Virus record (IMG/VR): IMGVR_UViG_3300038393_000759
Span: 1-49,033 of that record
DNA: 49,033 nt
Direction: 5' to 3' (one strand)
Origin: a virus
Lineage: Duplodnaviria; Caudoviricetes
The translations under genes were made by a program, and so were the position numbers. Positions 33,330-41,354 of the stretch are shown in pieces. The stretch's first letter is position 1. Each line of letters starts with the position of its first letter. Below the pieces are notes generated by a model. It did no database searches and had not been told where the DNA came from. It saw nothing but the letters and a program-made list of their open reading frames with translations.

Positions 33330-33363
33330 GAACCTACAGCCAGAAGGCCGCGCTCCTTATCCT
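33330..33363 (+). promoter_or_regulatory. Late promoter module 11 (lysis): GAACCTACAGC-N17-TATCCT
   Basis: Exact motif upstream of the lysis cassette. Confidence 0.85.
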
Positions 33364-33486
33364 CCGGCAGACCAAAGGAGTGAGCTCGCATCATGACGCT
33401 CCGATCAATCTCCGCGCCCGGTGAAGTTCGGTGCTTTCTGGCAGGGGCCTGACATGGCGACAGTCCCTCTCCACGGGGAGCCGCCG

Positions 33487-33870
33487 ATGACTGACGCCAG
33501 TTGGGCTGGCGCCGGCGCAGCTGTTGGCGCGCTCATCACCGGCTTCTTCGCGTGGGTCGTCCAGCGCGTGAAGGCGGGCAGCGACATCGAGGTCGCCGTC
33601 CTCGCCGAATGGCAGAAGCTGAACGCCGCGCTCTCTCAGCGCGTCTCGGCTCTGGAGAAGGAGTTGGGGGAGGTCCGCCGATCACATTCCACCGAGCTCG
33701 AGGAAATGCGGGAGAAGTCGGAAGCGCGCGCCCAGGAGCACCGCGCCGAAGTGGCGGAACTGCGGCGCCTGAATGACGGCCTGCAACGGCAGATCGCGCA
33801 GAATAGCCAGTCGACCGCCAGTCTGTTGAGCCGCTCGCCCGTCACCAAGGACAAGAGCGATGGAAAATAG
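33487..33870 (+). CDS. Membrane-anchored coiled-coil protein (lysis region)
   Basis: N-terminal TM segment and coiled coil; SD GGGGAG before ATG 33487 (alternative starts 33421 and 33454). Confidence 0.65.
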   Translation: MTDASWAGAGAAVGALITGFFAWVVQRVKAGSDIEVAVLAEWQKLNAALSQRVSALEKELGEVRRSHSTELEEMREKSEARAQEHRAEVAELRRLNDGLQRQIAQNSQSTASLLSRSPVTKDKSDGK

Positions 33871-34012
33871 GATCGACGCGACGCTCGAGGAGCGCTCGGC
33901 CGGCGTCCGGATGCTGCGCTCGCTGATGCCGCTTCCCGGTGCCGACGGAGAAGCCGCGCAGGAGCGCAAGTTGCTCCACCGAGCCGATCTCAAGGAGGCG
34001 GTCAGGAAATGA
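33860..34012 (+). CDS. Small hypothetical protein (50 aa)
   Basis: Translated by hand; overlaps both neighbours and fills the gap. Confidence 0.45.
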   Translation: MENRIDATLEERSAGVRMLRSLMPLPGADGEAAQERKLLHRADLKEAVRK

Positions 34013-34254
34013 TTCTGCAGCGCATCAAGGCGCATCTCGTCGACGACTGGCGCTACGCCTCGCAATGGTGGTCGGTCAGGTGGAACGCCATCGGCGCCGT
34101 CGTGCTCCCGCTGATGACGTTGGTTCCCGAACTCCCGGCGTCGGTTCAGGGGCTATTCCCGCCGGCTGTTCGTGCGATCGTCGCGGGCCTGTGGTGCGTG
34201 GCCTCCATCGGCTTCCGCCTGCTTGCTCAGAAGGGCGTTCCCGGTGGCAAGTAA
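34009..34254 (+). CDS. Holin
   Basis: LVDDWR....WWSVR start, two TM segments, RL.AQ; precedes the endolysin. Confidence 0.75.
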   Translation: MILQRIKAHLVDDWRYASQWWSVRWNAIGAVVLPLMTLVPELPASVQGLFPPAVRAIVAGLWCVASIGFRLLAQKGVPGGK

Positions 34255-34906
34255 GCCTCCGCAGCAGCCCGAGCTGTCGACGAAGCAGAAAGCGGCCGTT
34301 GGCGGCGCTGCCGGACTCGTGGCTATCGGCGGGATTCTCGCCGGCGTCTATTCGGACGAAGGCGGCTATGTGAGCAACCGCCACGACCCAGGCGGCGCGA
34401 CGAAGTATGGCGTCACCGAGGTCGTGGCGCGCAAGGCCGGCTACCGCGGCGACATGCGCGACTTTCCGATGCACTGCTCGACGACCACAGGCTCTGATAC
34501 CTGCGCGGATCAGATCTACGTTCGCGATTATATCGAGCGCCCCGGATTCATGCCGCTGGTGCCAATCGAACCGGCAGTCGCCGACGAGCTGGTGAACACG
34601 ACGGTGAACATGGGCGCGCCGCGGCCTAGCCGCTGGTTCCAGCAGTCATTGAACGAAGAAGGTGCCCGCCTGAAGGTCGACGGCAAGGTCGGGCCGGGAA
34701 CGATCGCGGCATATCGCGACACTCAGCTCCGCTTCGGCAAGGTGGCTGCTTGCGTCGTGATGCTGAACAAGCTCGATGCCAAGCAAAAGGCCGAATACGA
34801 CCGGCTCGTCGACGCCAATCCGAACCTTCGCGTCTTCTACCGCGGCTGGATTGCTCACCGCATCGACAACGTCGACCGGCGCACATGCGGTCGCGGCTGG
34901 CAATGA
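34244..34906 (+). CDS. Endolysin, glycoside hydrolase family 108, with N-terminal G/A-rich anchor
   Basis: EGGYV....DPGGATKYGVT; VDGKVGPGT; F.RGW..RI. Confidence 0.9.
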   Translation: MASKPPQQPELSTKQKAAVGGAAGLVAIGGILAGVYSDEGGYVSNRHDPGGATKYGVTEVVARKAGYRGDMRDFPMHCSTTTGSDTCADQIYVRDYIERPGFMPLVPIEPAVADELVNTTVNMGAPRPSRWFQQSLNEEGARLKVDGKVGPGTIAAYRDTQLRFGKVAACVVMLNKLDAKQKAEYDRLVDANPNLRVFYRGWIAHRIDNVDRRTCGRGWQ

Positions 34907-35118
34907 TGGTGCGGGCGGCCAGTCTCGCGATCTGGCTGGCCCTAGCTGGCGTCGCGCTCCTGTGCATCGCCACGCTCAACCATGAGCACCAGCGCCCGAA
35001 CGCGGGATTGCCGCTCGTCCAGGCGGACTACGAGCAGTGCATCACCGTCCCGACGCCGCCGCTCGTGCCGCCGAAGACCGACGTTTTCCACCCTCAAGCC
35101 GCAGTGGCGCTCACATGA
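34903..35118 (+). CDS. Hypothetical membrane protein
   Basis: ATGA coupling; N-terminal hydrophobic segment. Confidence 0.5.
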   Translation: MMVRAASLAIWLALAGVALLCIATLNHEHQRPNAGLPLVQADYEQCITVPTPPLVPPKTDVFHPQAAVALT

Positions 35119-35276
35119 ACCGCCTCCGCGAGAAAGCGCCGAGCCCGAAACCGCCCCCGGAAATTCGCGCGGATGAGCAGCGCTATGCCGACTGGCAGGA
35201 GGGTTGCGCCGCCGGAATCCGCTTCATGAGCCAACTCAACGAGGCGCTTGCCGAGAAGGAGCAGGACAATGCCTAG
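35115..35276 (+). CDS. Hypothetical protein
   Basis: ATGA coupling. Confidence 0.45.
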   Translation: MNRLREKAPSPKPPPEIRADEQRYADWQEGCAAGIRFMSQLNEALAEKEQDNA

Positions 35277-35706
35277 CGCTCTTGCAATGAAGCTCGTCGA
35301 CGGCCTTGTGGGCCTGCTGATGCTCGCCGGTCTCGTCCTCGGCCTGAAACACTACAAGCATCTGGCCGACGATCGAGGCGCGAAGCTCGCGACCATCTGC
35401 GAAACGACACGGCAGGCAAGCGGCCACCCGAAGCTGAACTGCGGCGAGGTTCCGGCGCAAATCGGGTTCATGGGCGAGGCTATCGGGACGCTGACGAACG
35501 CGCTCAACCGGCAAAATGCCGCCGTGCAGGCGATGGGCGATGCGACGAAACAGCAGCAGGCGGCAAGCGCCGAGGCTCTAAAACGCGCCAGGACGCGCGC
35601 GGACGCCGCCACGGCAACCGCAAGCCGCTTGGCCGCTTCCGCTGCTCACGGCGCATCTGGCGCAGCCTGTGAGCCTTCCGCGGCCCTGAAAGGAGCCTGG
35701 CAATGA
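35269..35706 (+). CDS. Inner-membrane spanin (Rz-like)
   Basis: N-terminal TM, Ala-rich coiled coil, Cys residues; SD AGGA. Confidence 0.7.
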   Translation: MPSALAMKLVDGLVGLLMLAGLVLGLKHYKHLADDRGAKLATICETTRQASGHPKLNCGEVPAQIGFMGEAIGTLTNALNRQNAAVQAMGDATKQQQAASAEALKRARTRADAATATASRLAASAAHGASGAACEPSAALKGAWQ

Positions 35707-36032
35707 TCCGTCAGTTAATTTCCGGCGCGAGGTCGGTTGCAATCTGCTTATGTTGCATGGCTGCGGCCTGCTCAACGCCAGCGACCAAAATCCAGACCGT
35801 CGAAGTCAAGATTCCCGTCGCGACGCAGCCGATCACAGCCGCGCAAATCCCGCCGGCGCCCGCGCCCTTGCCGAAGCGCCCGAGCAGCCTTTCCGCGGCG
35901 GCCGACTTGCTGCTTTCCAAGGTCTGCGAGCTCGAAGCCTACGTCCTGAAGGCCGACCCGCTGCTGAGAGTATCGGCCGGCGAGCCGCAGAAGCCGCTTC
36001 CGAGATACCCCGAATGTGAAGGAGACCACTGA
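35703..36032 (+). CDS. Outer-membrane spanin lipoprotein (Rz1-like)
   Basis: Lipobox-like AAAC-S; Pro-rich mature part. Confidence 0.7.
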   Translation: MIRQLISGARSVAICLCCMAAACSTPATKIQTVEVKIPVATQPITAAQIPPAPAPLPKRPSSLSAAADLLLSKVCELEAYVLKADPLLRVSAGEPQKPLPRYPECEGDH

Positions 36033-36151
36033 TGCCGAAGCTCCAGCAGATCGAAACAGGCGCCCGCAAGTGGGCGGGCACGCACCATGTTGCGGTCGCG
36101 GCGATTCTCGGCCTGATCGTCGGTTTCATCGCCCACGCGCTGCTGTTCTAG
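36032..36151 (+). CDS. Small membrane protein (39 aa)
   Basis: SD GAAGGAG; C-terminal TM VAVAAILGLIVGFIAHALLF; its stop overlaps the convergent gene's stop. Confidence 0.55.
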   Translation: MPKLQQIETGARKWAGTHHVAVAAILGLIVGFIAHALLF

Positions 36152-36831
36152 ACCCGCGCTCTTATGCCGATGCCGCGCTTCGTGTTGGTGAAGCGATCGG
36201 GAAACGGGCCTTCAAAGGCGGGATCGTGGAGATTGTGGCTCTGCCAATAGGCCTTCAGCTCGTCCGCGGTCTCGAAGTGGACCGCGTTCTCAAAGCGGAA
36301 TATCTCGGCCTTGCCGAACAGCTTGCGGCAGATCGCGGGCGCGGCTTCCTCCATGAATGTCGCGGGCGCGGTAGGCTCGATCCTGCCGACGAGCTCGCGA
36401 AGCTCGAGATTGTTGCCATGCCCCGGCCCGCAGAAGAACAATTGCCCGCTGAGCATGTCGTGGATCGCGCCGAACAGCCGCTCAGGATCAGAGGCGTAAT
36501 AGAGCGAGTAGCTGCCGATCACGCCATCGAATGAGCCGAGCGCCGGCGTGATGTCGTCGAGCGACATGCGGAGCGTCCGGATATTCTGACGCCCCTCGAG
36601 GTTCCGCAGCGATTCCTCGGAGAGGTCGACGGCGGTGACGTGAGCGCCCATTTCCGACAGGGGGATGGACTGCTTGCCGAGCCCGCAGCCGAGATCGAGC
36701 CACCTTTGCCCGGGCCGCACGTCGATGTGCGCGAAAATCCACTCGTTGAGGTCGAAGGCGCTCAGCCGCTCCTGCAGCGCCAGCCTCGTTCGCAGCGCCT
36801 GGCTGTCGGTATCGAGGGCGCCGATCACCAT
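36148..36831 (-). CDS. Class I SAM-dependent methyltransferase
   Basis: WLDLGCGLGKQ, VTAVDLS, FDGVIGSYSLYY. Confidence 0.85.
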   Translation of the reverse strand: MVIGALDTDSQALRTRLALQERLSAFDLNEWIFAHIDVRPGQRWLDLGCGLGKQSIPLSEMGAHVTAVDLSEESLRNLEGRQNIRTLRMSLDDITPALGSFDGVIGSYSLYYASDPERLFGAIHDMLSGQLFFCGPGHGNNLELRELVGRIEPTAPATFMEEAAPAICRKLFGKAEIFRFENAVHFETADELKAYWQSHNLHDPAFEGPFPDRFTNTKRGIGIRARV

Positions 36832-37466
36832 TGGACGCCCGGGACGGTCTCTCGGATCAGGCGCTCGTTGAACCCGCGCAGGCGCTCGCCCGGCTCGGCA
36901 TGTTCCTCGCCCCACCAGATAGGATGCGTCAGCAGCTGCGCGATCGGAGCATCGGGAACGGCGAGCGGATCCTGCCTCCACCGTCCGGCGCTGTCCGATC
37001 GATAGCAGGCCATGAGCGTTGCCGAATAGGCGTTCACCATGTCGAACAGATGGTCAGGCCCGCGCAGGAAGGCGGGAATCGGGCGGTGGAAGGAGATCGA
37101 GCGAACGGGCTCTCCGGTAAGCTCGGCGATGAGATTGCATTGCGCCTCCACGGCCGGCGCGATGCTGTCGGGCTCGACCCCGCTGGTCAGATAGTCGAAA
37201 TGGATCGCGACCTCATGGCCGAGGTCGATGAACGGCCTGAGCGTTGCTTCGTCGAGCGAATAGAGCGGCGAGGTCGGGATGAACATGTACGTCGCCGAGA
37301 TGCCGTGTTCCGCCTCGCGCTTCGCCATTTCGAGCGCGGCCTTCGGGCAGACGTCGATGTCGTGACGGAGATAGAGGCCCTCACCGGGGAAGTCTCGCAG
37401 GGGCTTGATCGCAAATCGCTCGGCCCAGGCGTCGAGGATCCCGAAGTAAGACGCATAGCTGAACAT
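36825..37466 (-). CDS. Polysaccharide deacetylase-like (NodB/WbmS-like) protein
   Basis: LRHDID, GHEVAIH, SFHRP, SDS.G.W, QLLTHP.WW. Confidence 0.8.
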   Translation of the reverse strand: MFSYASYFGILDAWAERFAIKPLRDFPGEGLYLRHDIDVCPKAALEMAKREAEHGISATYMFIPTSPLYSLDEATLRPFIDLGHEVAIHFDYLTSGVEPDSIAPAVEAQCNLIAELTGEPVRSISFHRPIPAFLRGPDHLFDMVNAYSATLMACYRSDSAGRWRQDPLAVPDAPIAQLLTHPIWWGEEHAEPGERLRGFNERLIRETVPGVQW

Positions 37467-37500
37467 CGGCCGGCGCTTAGCCGATCAGCGAGCGATTCGC

Positions 37501-37899
37501 CTAGCCTGCTGTTGGCGGTTCGGGAAGCGGCATCCAATGCGTCGGGTTGCCCCATGTTTGACAGCCCACGGCGGCGTTGTCGGTCCAACCGCATATCCCC
37601 CAAAACGCGCTCACGATGCGCGGGTTGTCCGGATAGTTCTGCATATCCGGGATGAAGATGAGAATGTCGGTTCCGTCCTTCGGCGCGGTCTCAATCGGCT
37701 GCCATTCGCCAAGGTTGGGTGCGGAAATGGCTGCGGCTATCTTGTCGAACGGCGCGCACTCGTAATGCCAAAGGCGCCCATCGCTTGAGCCGACATGGGT
37801 GACGCCCGGCTGAACGTCGATCAGTCTCTTACAACCAGCGCAAATCAGCGGAGCTTGCGAAACGGACACGGGCAACCCTTGAGCCTCATCCGGTAGCAT
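37501..37899 (-). CDS. DUF551-like protein
   Basis: WQPIETAPKDGT...PTHWMPLPEPP; SD AAGGAG. Confidence 0.8.
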   Translation of the reverse strand: MLPDEAQGLPVSVSQAPLICAGCKRLIDVQPGVTHVGSSDGRLWHYECAPFDKIAAAISAPNLGEWQPIETAPKDGTDILIFIPDMQNYPDNPRIVSAFWGICGWTDNAAVGCQTWGNPTHWMPLPEPPTAG

Positions 37900-38047
37900 C
37901 TTTACTCTCCTTGGTTGCGCGGCCTTCGCACCATTCGTAATTCTTGCACCAACTCCAGCGGCCCGTCGCTCTGAAGTCGCAGTTGCACCACGGAAGCTTT
38001 TGCTGTTCGGCGAGGCTCGGCATCTCATCCCTTGATACGTTACTCAT
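37886..38047 (-). CDS. Small Cys/Trp-rich hypothetical protein (53 aa)
   Basis: Translated by hand: MSNVSRDEMP...WCNCD...WCKNYEWCEG; ATGA coupling. Confidence 0.45.
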   Translation of the reverse strand: MSNVSRDEMPSLAEQQKLPWCNCDFRATGRWSWCKNYEWCEGRATKESKDATG

Positions 38048-38352
38048 CTAGTCACCACGAGTTTCGGCGGCGTTGTCCGGGCGGTCTCGAAAGCCATTTG
38101 GCGCAAGCGCTCGTTCTCTTCCTTCAGCCCGCGTAATTCGCTGTCCTCGGTATATATCCTGCTCACCAAAAGATGCGCGGCCAGCGAGGCAATGTCGTGC
38201 GCATCCCGGTCAGCGCGTTCCGGATCGACCGGCCCATACTCCTGCATTGCTAAGGCTACGCATGATTGGGCCAGCGCACGCATCCTCGCGTCTTTCGCGA
38301 TGCGGTCGAAATGCTTCTGTATCTCCGCCGCCGTCATTATCTGTTCGCGCAT
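38044..38352 (-). CDS. Hypothetical protein
   Basis: SD AAGGAGG. Confidence 0.7.
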   Translation of the reverse strand: MREQIMTAAEIQKHFDRIAKDARMRALAQSCVALAMQEYGPVDPERADRDAHDIASLAAHLLVSRIYTEDSELRGLKEENERLRQMAFETARTTPPKLVVTR

Positions 38353-38433
38353 CTCTTTCCTCCTTTACGCCGGATAGTCACCGAATGGCCGAGACGTGAA
38401 ACAGGCTCGGTGGCGAAGCCATGACTAGCCGGA

Positions 38434-39051
38434 TTAACGTCCAGAATCAGTAGAGTTGGTGTCCTTTTGTGCGAGGGCGCGACTGTCGATCAGGCCAATG
38501 GCGCAGGCTCGCCACAGGATCACGTCAACCGTGCTGGCCCGGTAGCCGCTTTCCCTGGCCAGTCTGTCGCAAAGCGCTTGCGGCGTCGTCCCTTCCCAAT
38601 CGGCAAGGCGCTGTAGGTGAATGTCGGGCTTGGCCACGTCCGCGCCGAAGTTCTTCGCCAGATGGTATTTCGTGATGCCGCCGATGAAGGGCAGGCTTTC
38701 GCAGAACGCAAGCTTGTCGGGCGCATCCAGATATGCGGCGAGCAGCTCCTCACGATCCCGCCAGATGCGGTCGATAGCATCGCTCTTGCCCTTATGCCCG
38801 AATGCATCGTGAGCCGAACCGCCAACCTGAAGCCGCCGCATGACGCGCTCGAAGATGCCCTGCGCGACTGTGAAGCGCATTCCGCTATTGCAGATGACGA
38901 AGATGGCTTCGCGGGCAAATTCCTCCGCGTCCTTCGGCTCTGAAACCGTCTCGCTCCAGTCGATGTCGCCGCCATATCCCGCCTCGCATATGCGGCGCTC
39001 CAGCAGGGCGAACGCCGCGAAGTCGATTGGCCGAGGCAGCGGTTCAGGCAC
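38434..39051 (-). CDS. HhH-GPD-superfamily DNA glycosylase-like protein
   Basis: LPFIGGITKYHLAKNFG.DVAKPDIHL.R; VD.ILW; start at GTG 39051 or 39060. Confidence 0.65.
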   Translation of the reverse strand: MPEPLPRPIDFAAFALLERRICEAGYGGDIDWSETVSEPKDAEEFAREAIFVICNSGMRFTVAQGIFERVMRRLQVGGSAHDAFGHKGKSDAIDRIWRDREELLAAYLDAPDKLAFCESLPFIGGITKYHLAKNFGADVAKPDIHLQRLADWEGTTPQALCDRLARESGYRASTVDVILWRACAIGLIDSRALAQKDTNSTDSGR

Positions 39052-39646
39052 CGTCCCCACCCTCCTTCTGGCGATTGTCCTGATGGTTGAGAGCGGCGCG
39101 GGCTATCTTTCGTCGGCGCTCGATTTGCATGGCGTAATATTCCGCCACCTTTTCCGGCGTGTCCTCGCCGTCCTCGATCAGCCCCTGAAGGCCAACATCG
39201 TGTCTCGCGATACGCTCCAGCGCCTCTTCAAGAGCCTTATTCCTGGCGGTGAGAACGTGCGCCATGTCGCGCGTCTTGTCGTCGAACATCTGACCCATCG
39301 GCGTTCCGCGCAGTGGGTGAGCATACATCGTCTCAAAATGCAGGATTGCCTCCGCGAGCTTATCGCCGCCGATGGAGTGGCTATATTGCTTGCAGAGCGG
39401 ACAAGGCGCGAACCCCGCCCGCCCTGCATCGTCGCCAGTCGAGAGGATTGCGTTCCCTTCGTTCCATGCGTCGGCGGTGAAATAGCTCAGGCCGCTCGGG
39501 CAATCGCCGTCGAACATTTTGTGTTTCGAGCATAGCCAGAGGTCGGTCGGGGTCACATGCACGCCGCCGCCGAACGTCTCGACGCGGCACTCTGCTCGGC
39601 AATGTCGGCATGGCTTCAGCTCTACCATCATTGGTTCCTCAGACAT
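39044..39646 (-). CDS. Hypothetical protein with Lar-like zinc ribbon (ELKPCRHC)
   Basis: ELKPC..C...AWN pattern. Confidence 0.6.
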   Translation of the reverse strand: MSEEPMMVELKPCRHCRAECRVETFGGGVHVTPTDLWLCSKHKMFDGDCPSGLSYFTADAWNEGNAILSTGDDAGRAGFAPCPLCKQYSHSIGGDKLAEAILHFETMYAHPLRGTPMGQMFDDKTRDMAHVLTARNKALEEALERIARHDVGLQGLIEDGEDTPEKVAEYYAMQIERRRKIARAALNHQDNRQKEGGDGA

Positions 39647-39875
39647 GGCGACGGCCCCGGATGCGCCAGAGGAAGTTCGCCACAGCGCGATGCATCCACG
39701 CATCTTTGTTGATCACGATGCGACAGGGGCGGCCTCGGCCAATCCCAATCGTGAGGCGAAGCGGATTGAGCCAGACCTTCAGCGGAACGTCAGAGCGCCG
39801 CATGTAATCCGCGCCCTCGTCGCGCACGACGTAGCCAAAGCGCGTGTCTAGAATGAAGCAGTGTGGGTCAAACAT
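39639..39875 (-). CDS. Hypothetical protein
   Basis: SD AGGA; overlaps the next start. Confidence 0.5.
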   Translation of the reverse strand: MFDPHCFILDTRFGYVVRDEGADYMRRSDVPLKVWLNPLRLTIGIGRGRPCRIVINKDAWMHRAVANFLWRIRGRRHV

Positions 39876-40002
39876 CCCATTGGTTCCTGTGATAGGTTAG
39901 GCATGGGTGGTTCCTGCGAGGCGGGGCAGACCGTGAACAGAATGTGCCGCCAATTGTGCCACCGCGAACCGCTGCGAATTGCGCGTTTCGCGCGTCCTGC
40001 GA

Positions 40003-40030
40003 TTGACATAAGTGGCGGGAACCCTAGGGA
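40003..40030 (+). promoter_or_regulatory. Sigma70-type promoter in front of the tRNA half: TTGACA-N16-TAGGGA
   Basis: Perfect -35; predicted start a few nt before 40041. Confidence 0.55.
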
Positions 40031-40040
40031 AACCGCCATC

Positions 40041-40082
40041 GGAGACGTGGGTGAGTGGCTGAAACCAGCGGTTTGCTAAACC
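40041..40082 (+). other. attP: attP core: 5' half of tRNA-Ser(GCT)
   Basis: GGAGACG-TG-GGTGAGTGGCTGAAACC-A-GCGGT-TTGCTAA-ACC gives the acceptor 5' strand, D arm and GCT anticodon loop; similarity breaks off with no T arm; 28 nt from the int stop. Confidence 0.8.
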
Positions 40083-40110
40083 TATCCCGACTGCCCGGCG
40101 TTCGCGCATT

Positions 40111-41184
40111 TCAGCCATTTTCGCCGCCGAACCGCTCACTCTGTGCCGCATTCTGTGCCACCGGCCCATATTTCGCGGCCAGCTGCTCATCGGGCGTCAG
40201 GTGCTTTAGATAGCCCTCAGTCGTCTTGATCGATTTGTGGCCGAGGATCTGTTGCAGCGCATAGATCGTGCCCCTGGCCTCGCGCAGGAACGTGACCGCG
40301 AACAGGTGGCGAAGATCGTGGAAGCGGAAGCGCCGAAACTCGCGGCTGTCCTGTGCCGCTTTTCGTGCCACCCTGCTGACCAGCGCATAGAAGCTCGAAT
40401 CGACGTTCCGGTAGCGCTCGCCGTTGCCGTGCCAGAAGACCCATTTGGCTTTGAAGTGGCGCGGCTGGCGATCAATGATCGCGAGCGCCTTGTCGGTCAG
40501 CGTGACCTGGCGCACCGCGTTGCCCTTGGTCTCTTCGAGCGTGGCGGACATGCGCCGACGGTCGATGCGATCATGCTCAAGGCCGGCGATCTCTTCCTGC
40601 CGCATCCCGGTCTCAAGGCTTAGCTCGGCCATATCCATGAACCGGGACCGTTCCGCGAAGACCAAGGCAATGCTCGCTGGCCGCGGAAGCACGATCGGGA
40701 CGGCCTTCTCCTTGAAGCGGCTGCGGTCCATCATGCGAGCCGGGTTTTCCTCGATCCATCCCTCGTCGCAGCAGTGGCCGAGGACGGAGCTGATCGCCGT
40801 CATGTCGCGCCGAATCGTCGCGTTGGTGACGCGCTGGCGGGCCCTAGCGCTAACGATTTCCTTCAGCAGCCGATTGTCGATCTCGTGGACCTTCTTGCCG
40901 TCGAGCCAGCGGCGGACGCATACTAGGCTCTGCGTATAGCGGGCGCCGGTCCTCGGCTTGATCCCGAGCCTGCCCCAGGCCTCCACCCACGACACGACTG
41001 CGGCTTCCCATGTGACTGGATCGGTCTCGCCGAAATAGGCCGTATCCTCGACCCGTTGCCGCTCGATCTTCAACCGGCGCTCCGCGACCGTGAGAGAGCG
41101 CGTTCGTAGGCTGACTCGGTACTCGTGCCCGCGTACCTTGAAACGCGTCCACCATATCCCGTTCCTCTGATAGAGACCGCGCAT
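40111..41184 (-). CDS. int: Tyrosine integrase
   Basis: ETGMRQEE (R), TK, FHDLRH (HxxR), LGH, TTEGY; N-terminal arm-binding beta sheet. Confidence 0.95.
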   Translation of the reverse strand: MRGLYQRNGIWWTRFKVRGHEYRVSLRTRSLTVAERRLKIERQRVEDTAYFGETDPVTWEAAVVSWVEAWGRLGIKPRTGARYTQSLVCVRRWLDGKKVHEIDNRLLKEIVSARARQRVTNATIRRDMTAISSVLGHCCDEGWIEENPARMMDRSRFKEKAVPIVLPRPASIALVFAERSRFMDMAELSLETGMRQEEIAGLEHDRIDRRRMSATLEETKGNAVRQVTLTDKALAIIDRQPRHFKAKWVFWHGNGERYRNVDSSFYALVSRVARKAAQDSREFRRFRFHDLRHLFAVTFLREARGTIYALQQILGHKSIKTTEGYLKHLTPDEQLAAKYGPVAQNAAQSERFGGENG

Positions 41185-41354
41185 AAGCTTCCTTTCGAGC
41201 GGAGCTGCCGCAGCTTGGCGATGTCGAACGTCCAGCGGCCGAATGGCTTCTCTGCGCCCGGAATCTCGCCGCGCGCAGCCTTCTCCTGAAGCGTGCGAAT
41301 GTCCAGCCCGCTTATCAGGGCGGCCTCGCGAATCTTGCAGCGCTCAGGCTTCAT
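41070..41354 (-). CDS. xis: Excisionase (HTH_17/MerR-like)
   Basis: IREAALISGLDIRTLQEKAARGEIPGA.K.FGRWTF; overlaps the int start. Confidence 0.75.
   Translation of the reverse strand: MKPERCKIREAALISGLDIRTLQEKAARGEIPGAEKPFGRWTFDIAKLRQLRSKGSLCAVSIRGTGYGGRVSRYAGTSTESAYERALSRSRSAG

Larger units (their letters stand above)
39943..40371. repeat. Integrase arm-type sites: TGTGCCGC-N4-YGTGCCAC, three pairs
   Basis: Pairs at 39943-39962, 40142-40161 and 40352-40371, on both sides of the att core. Confidence 0.7.

Noticed and set aside
9731-33340. GAACCTACAGC repeats as a CRISPR array or mobile-element ends
   Set aside because: They are dispersed at kb scale, only 11 nt long, lack cas genes and inverted pairing, and always have a fixed-distance -10
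40041-40130. Intact phage tRNA-Ser gene
   Set aside because: Anticodon stem 3' strand is incomplete; no variable arm, GTTCRA T loop or acceptor 3' strand
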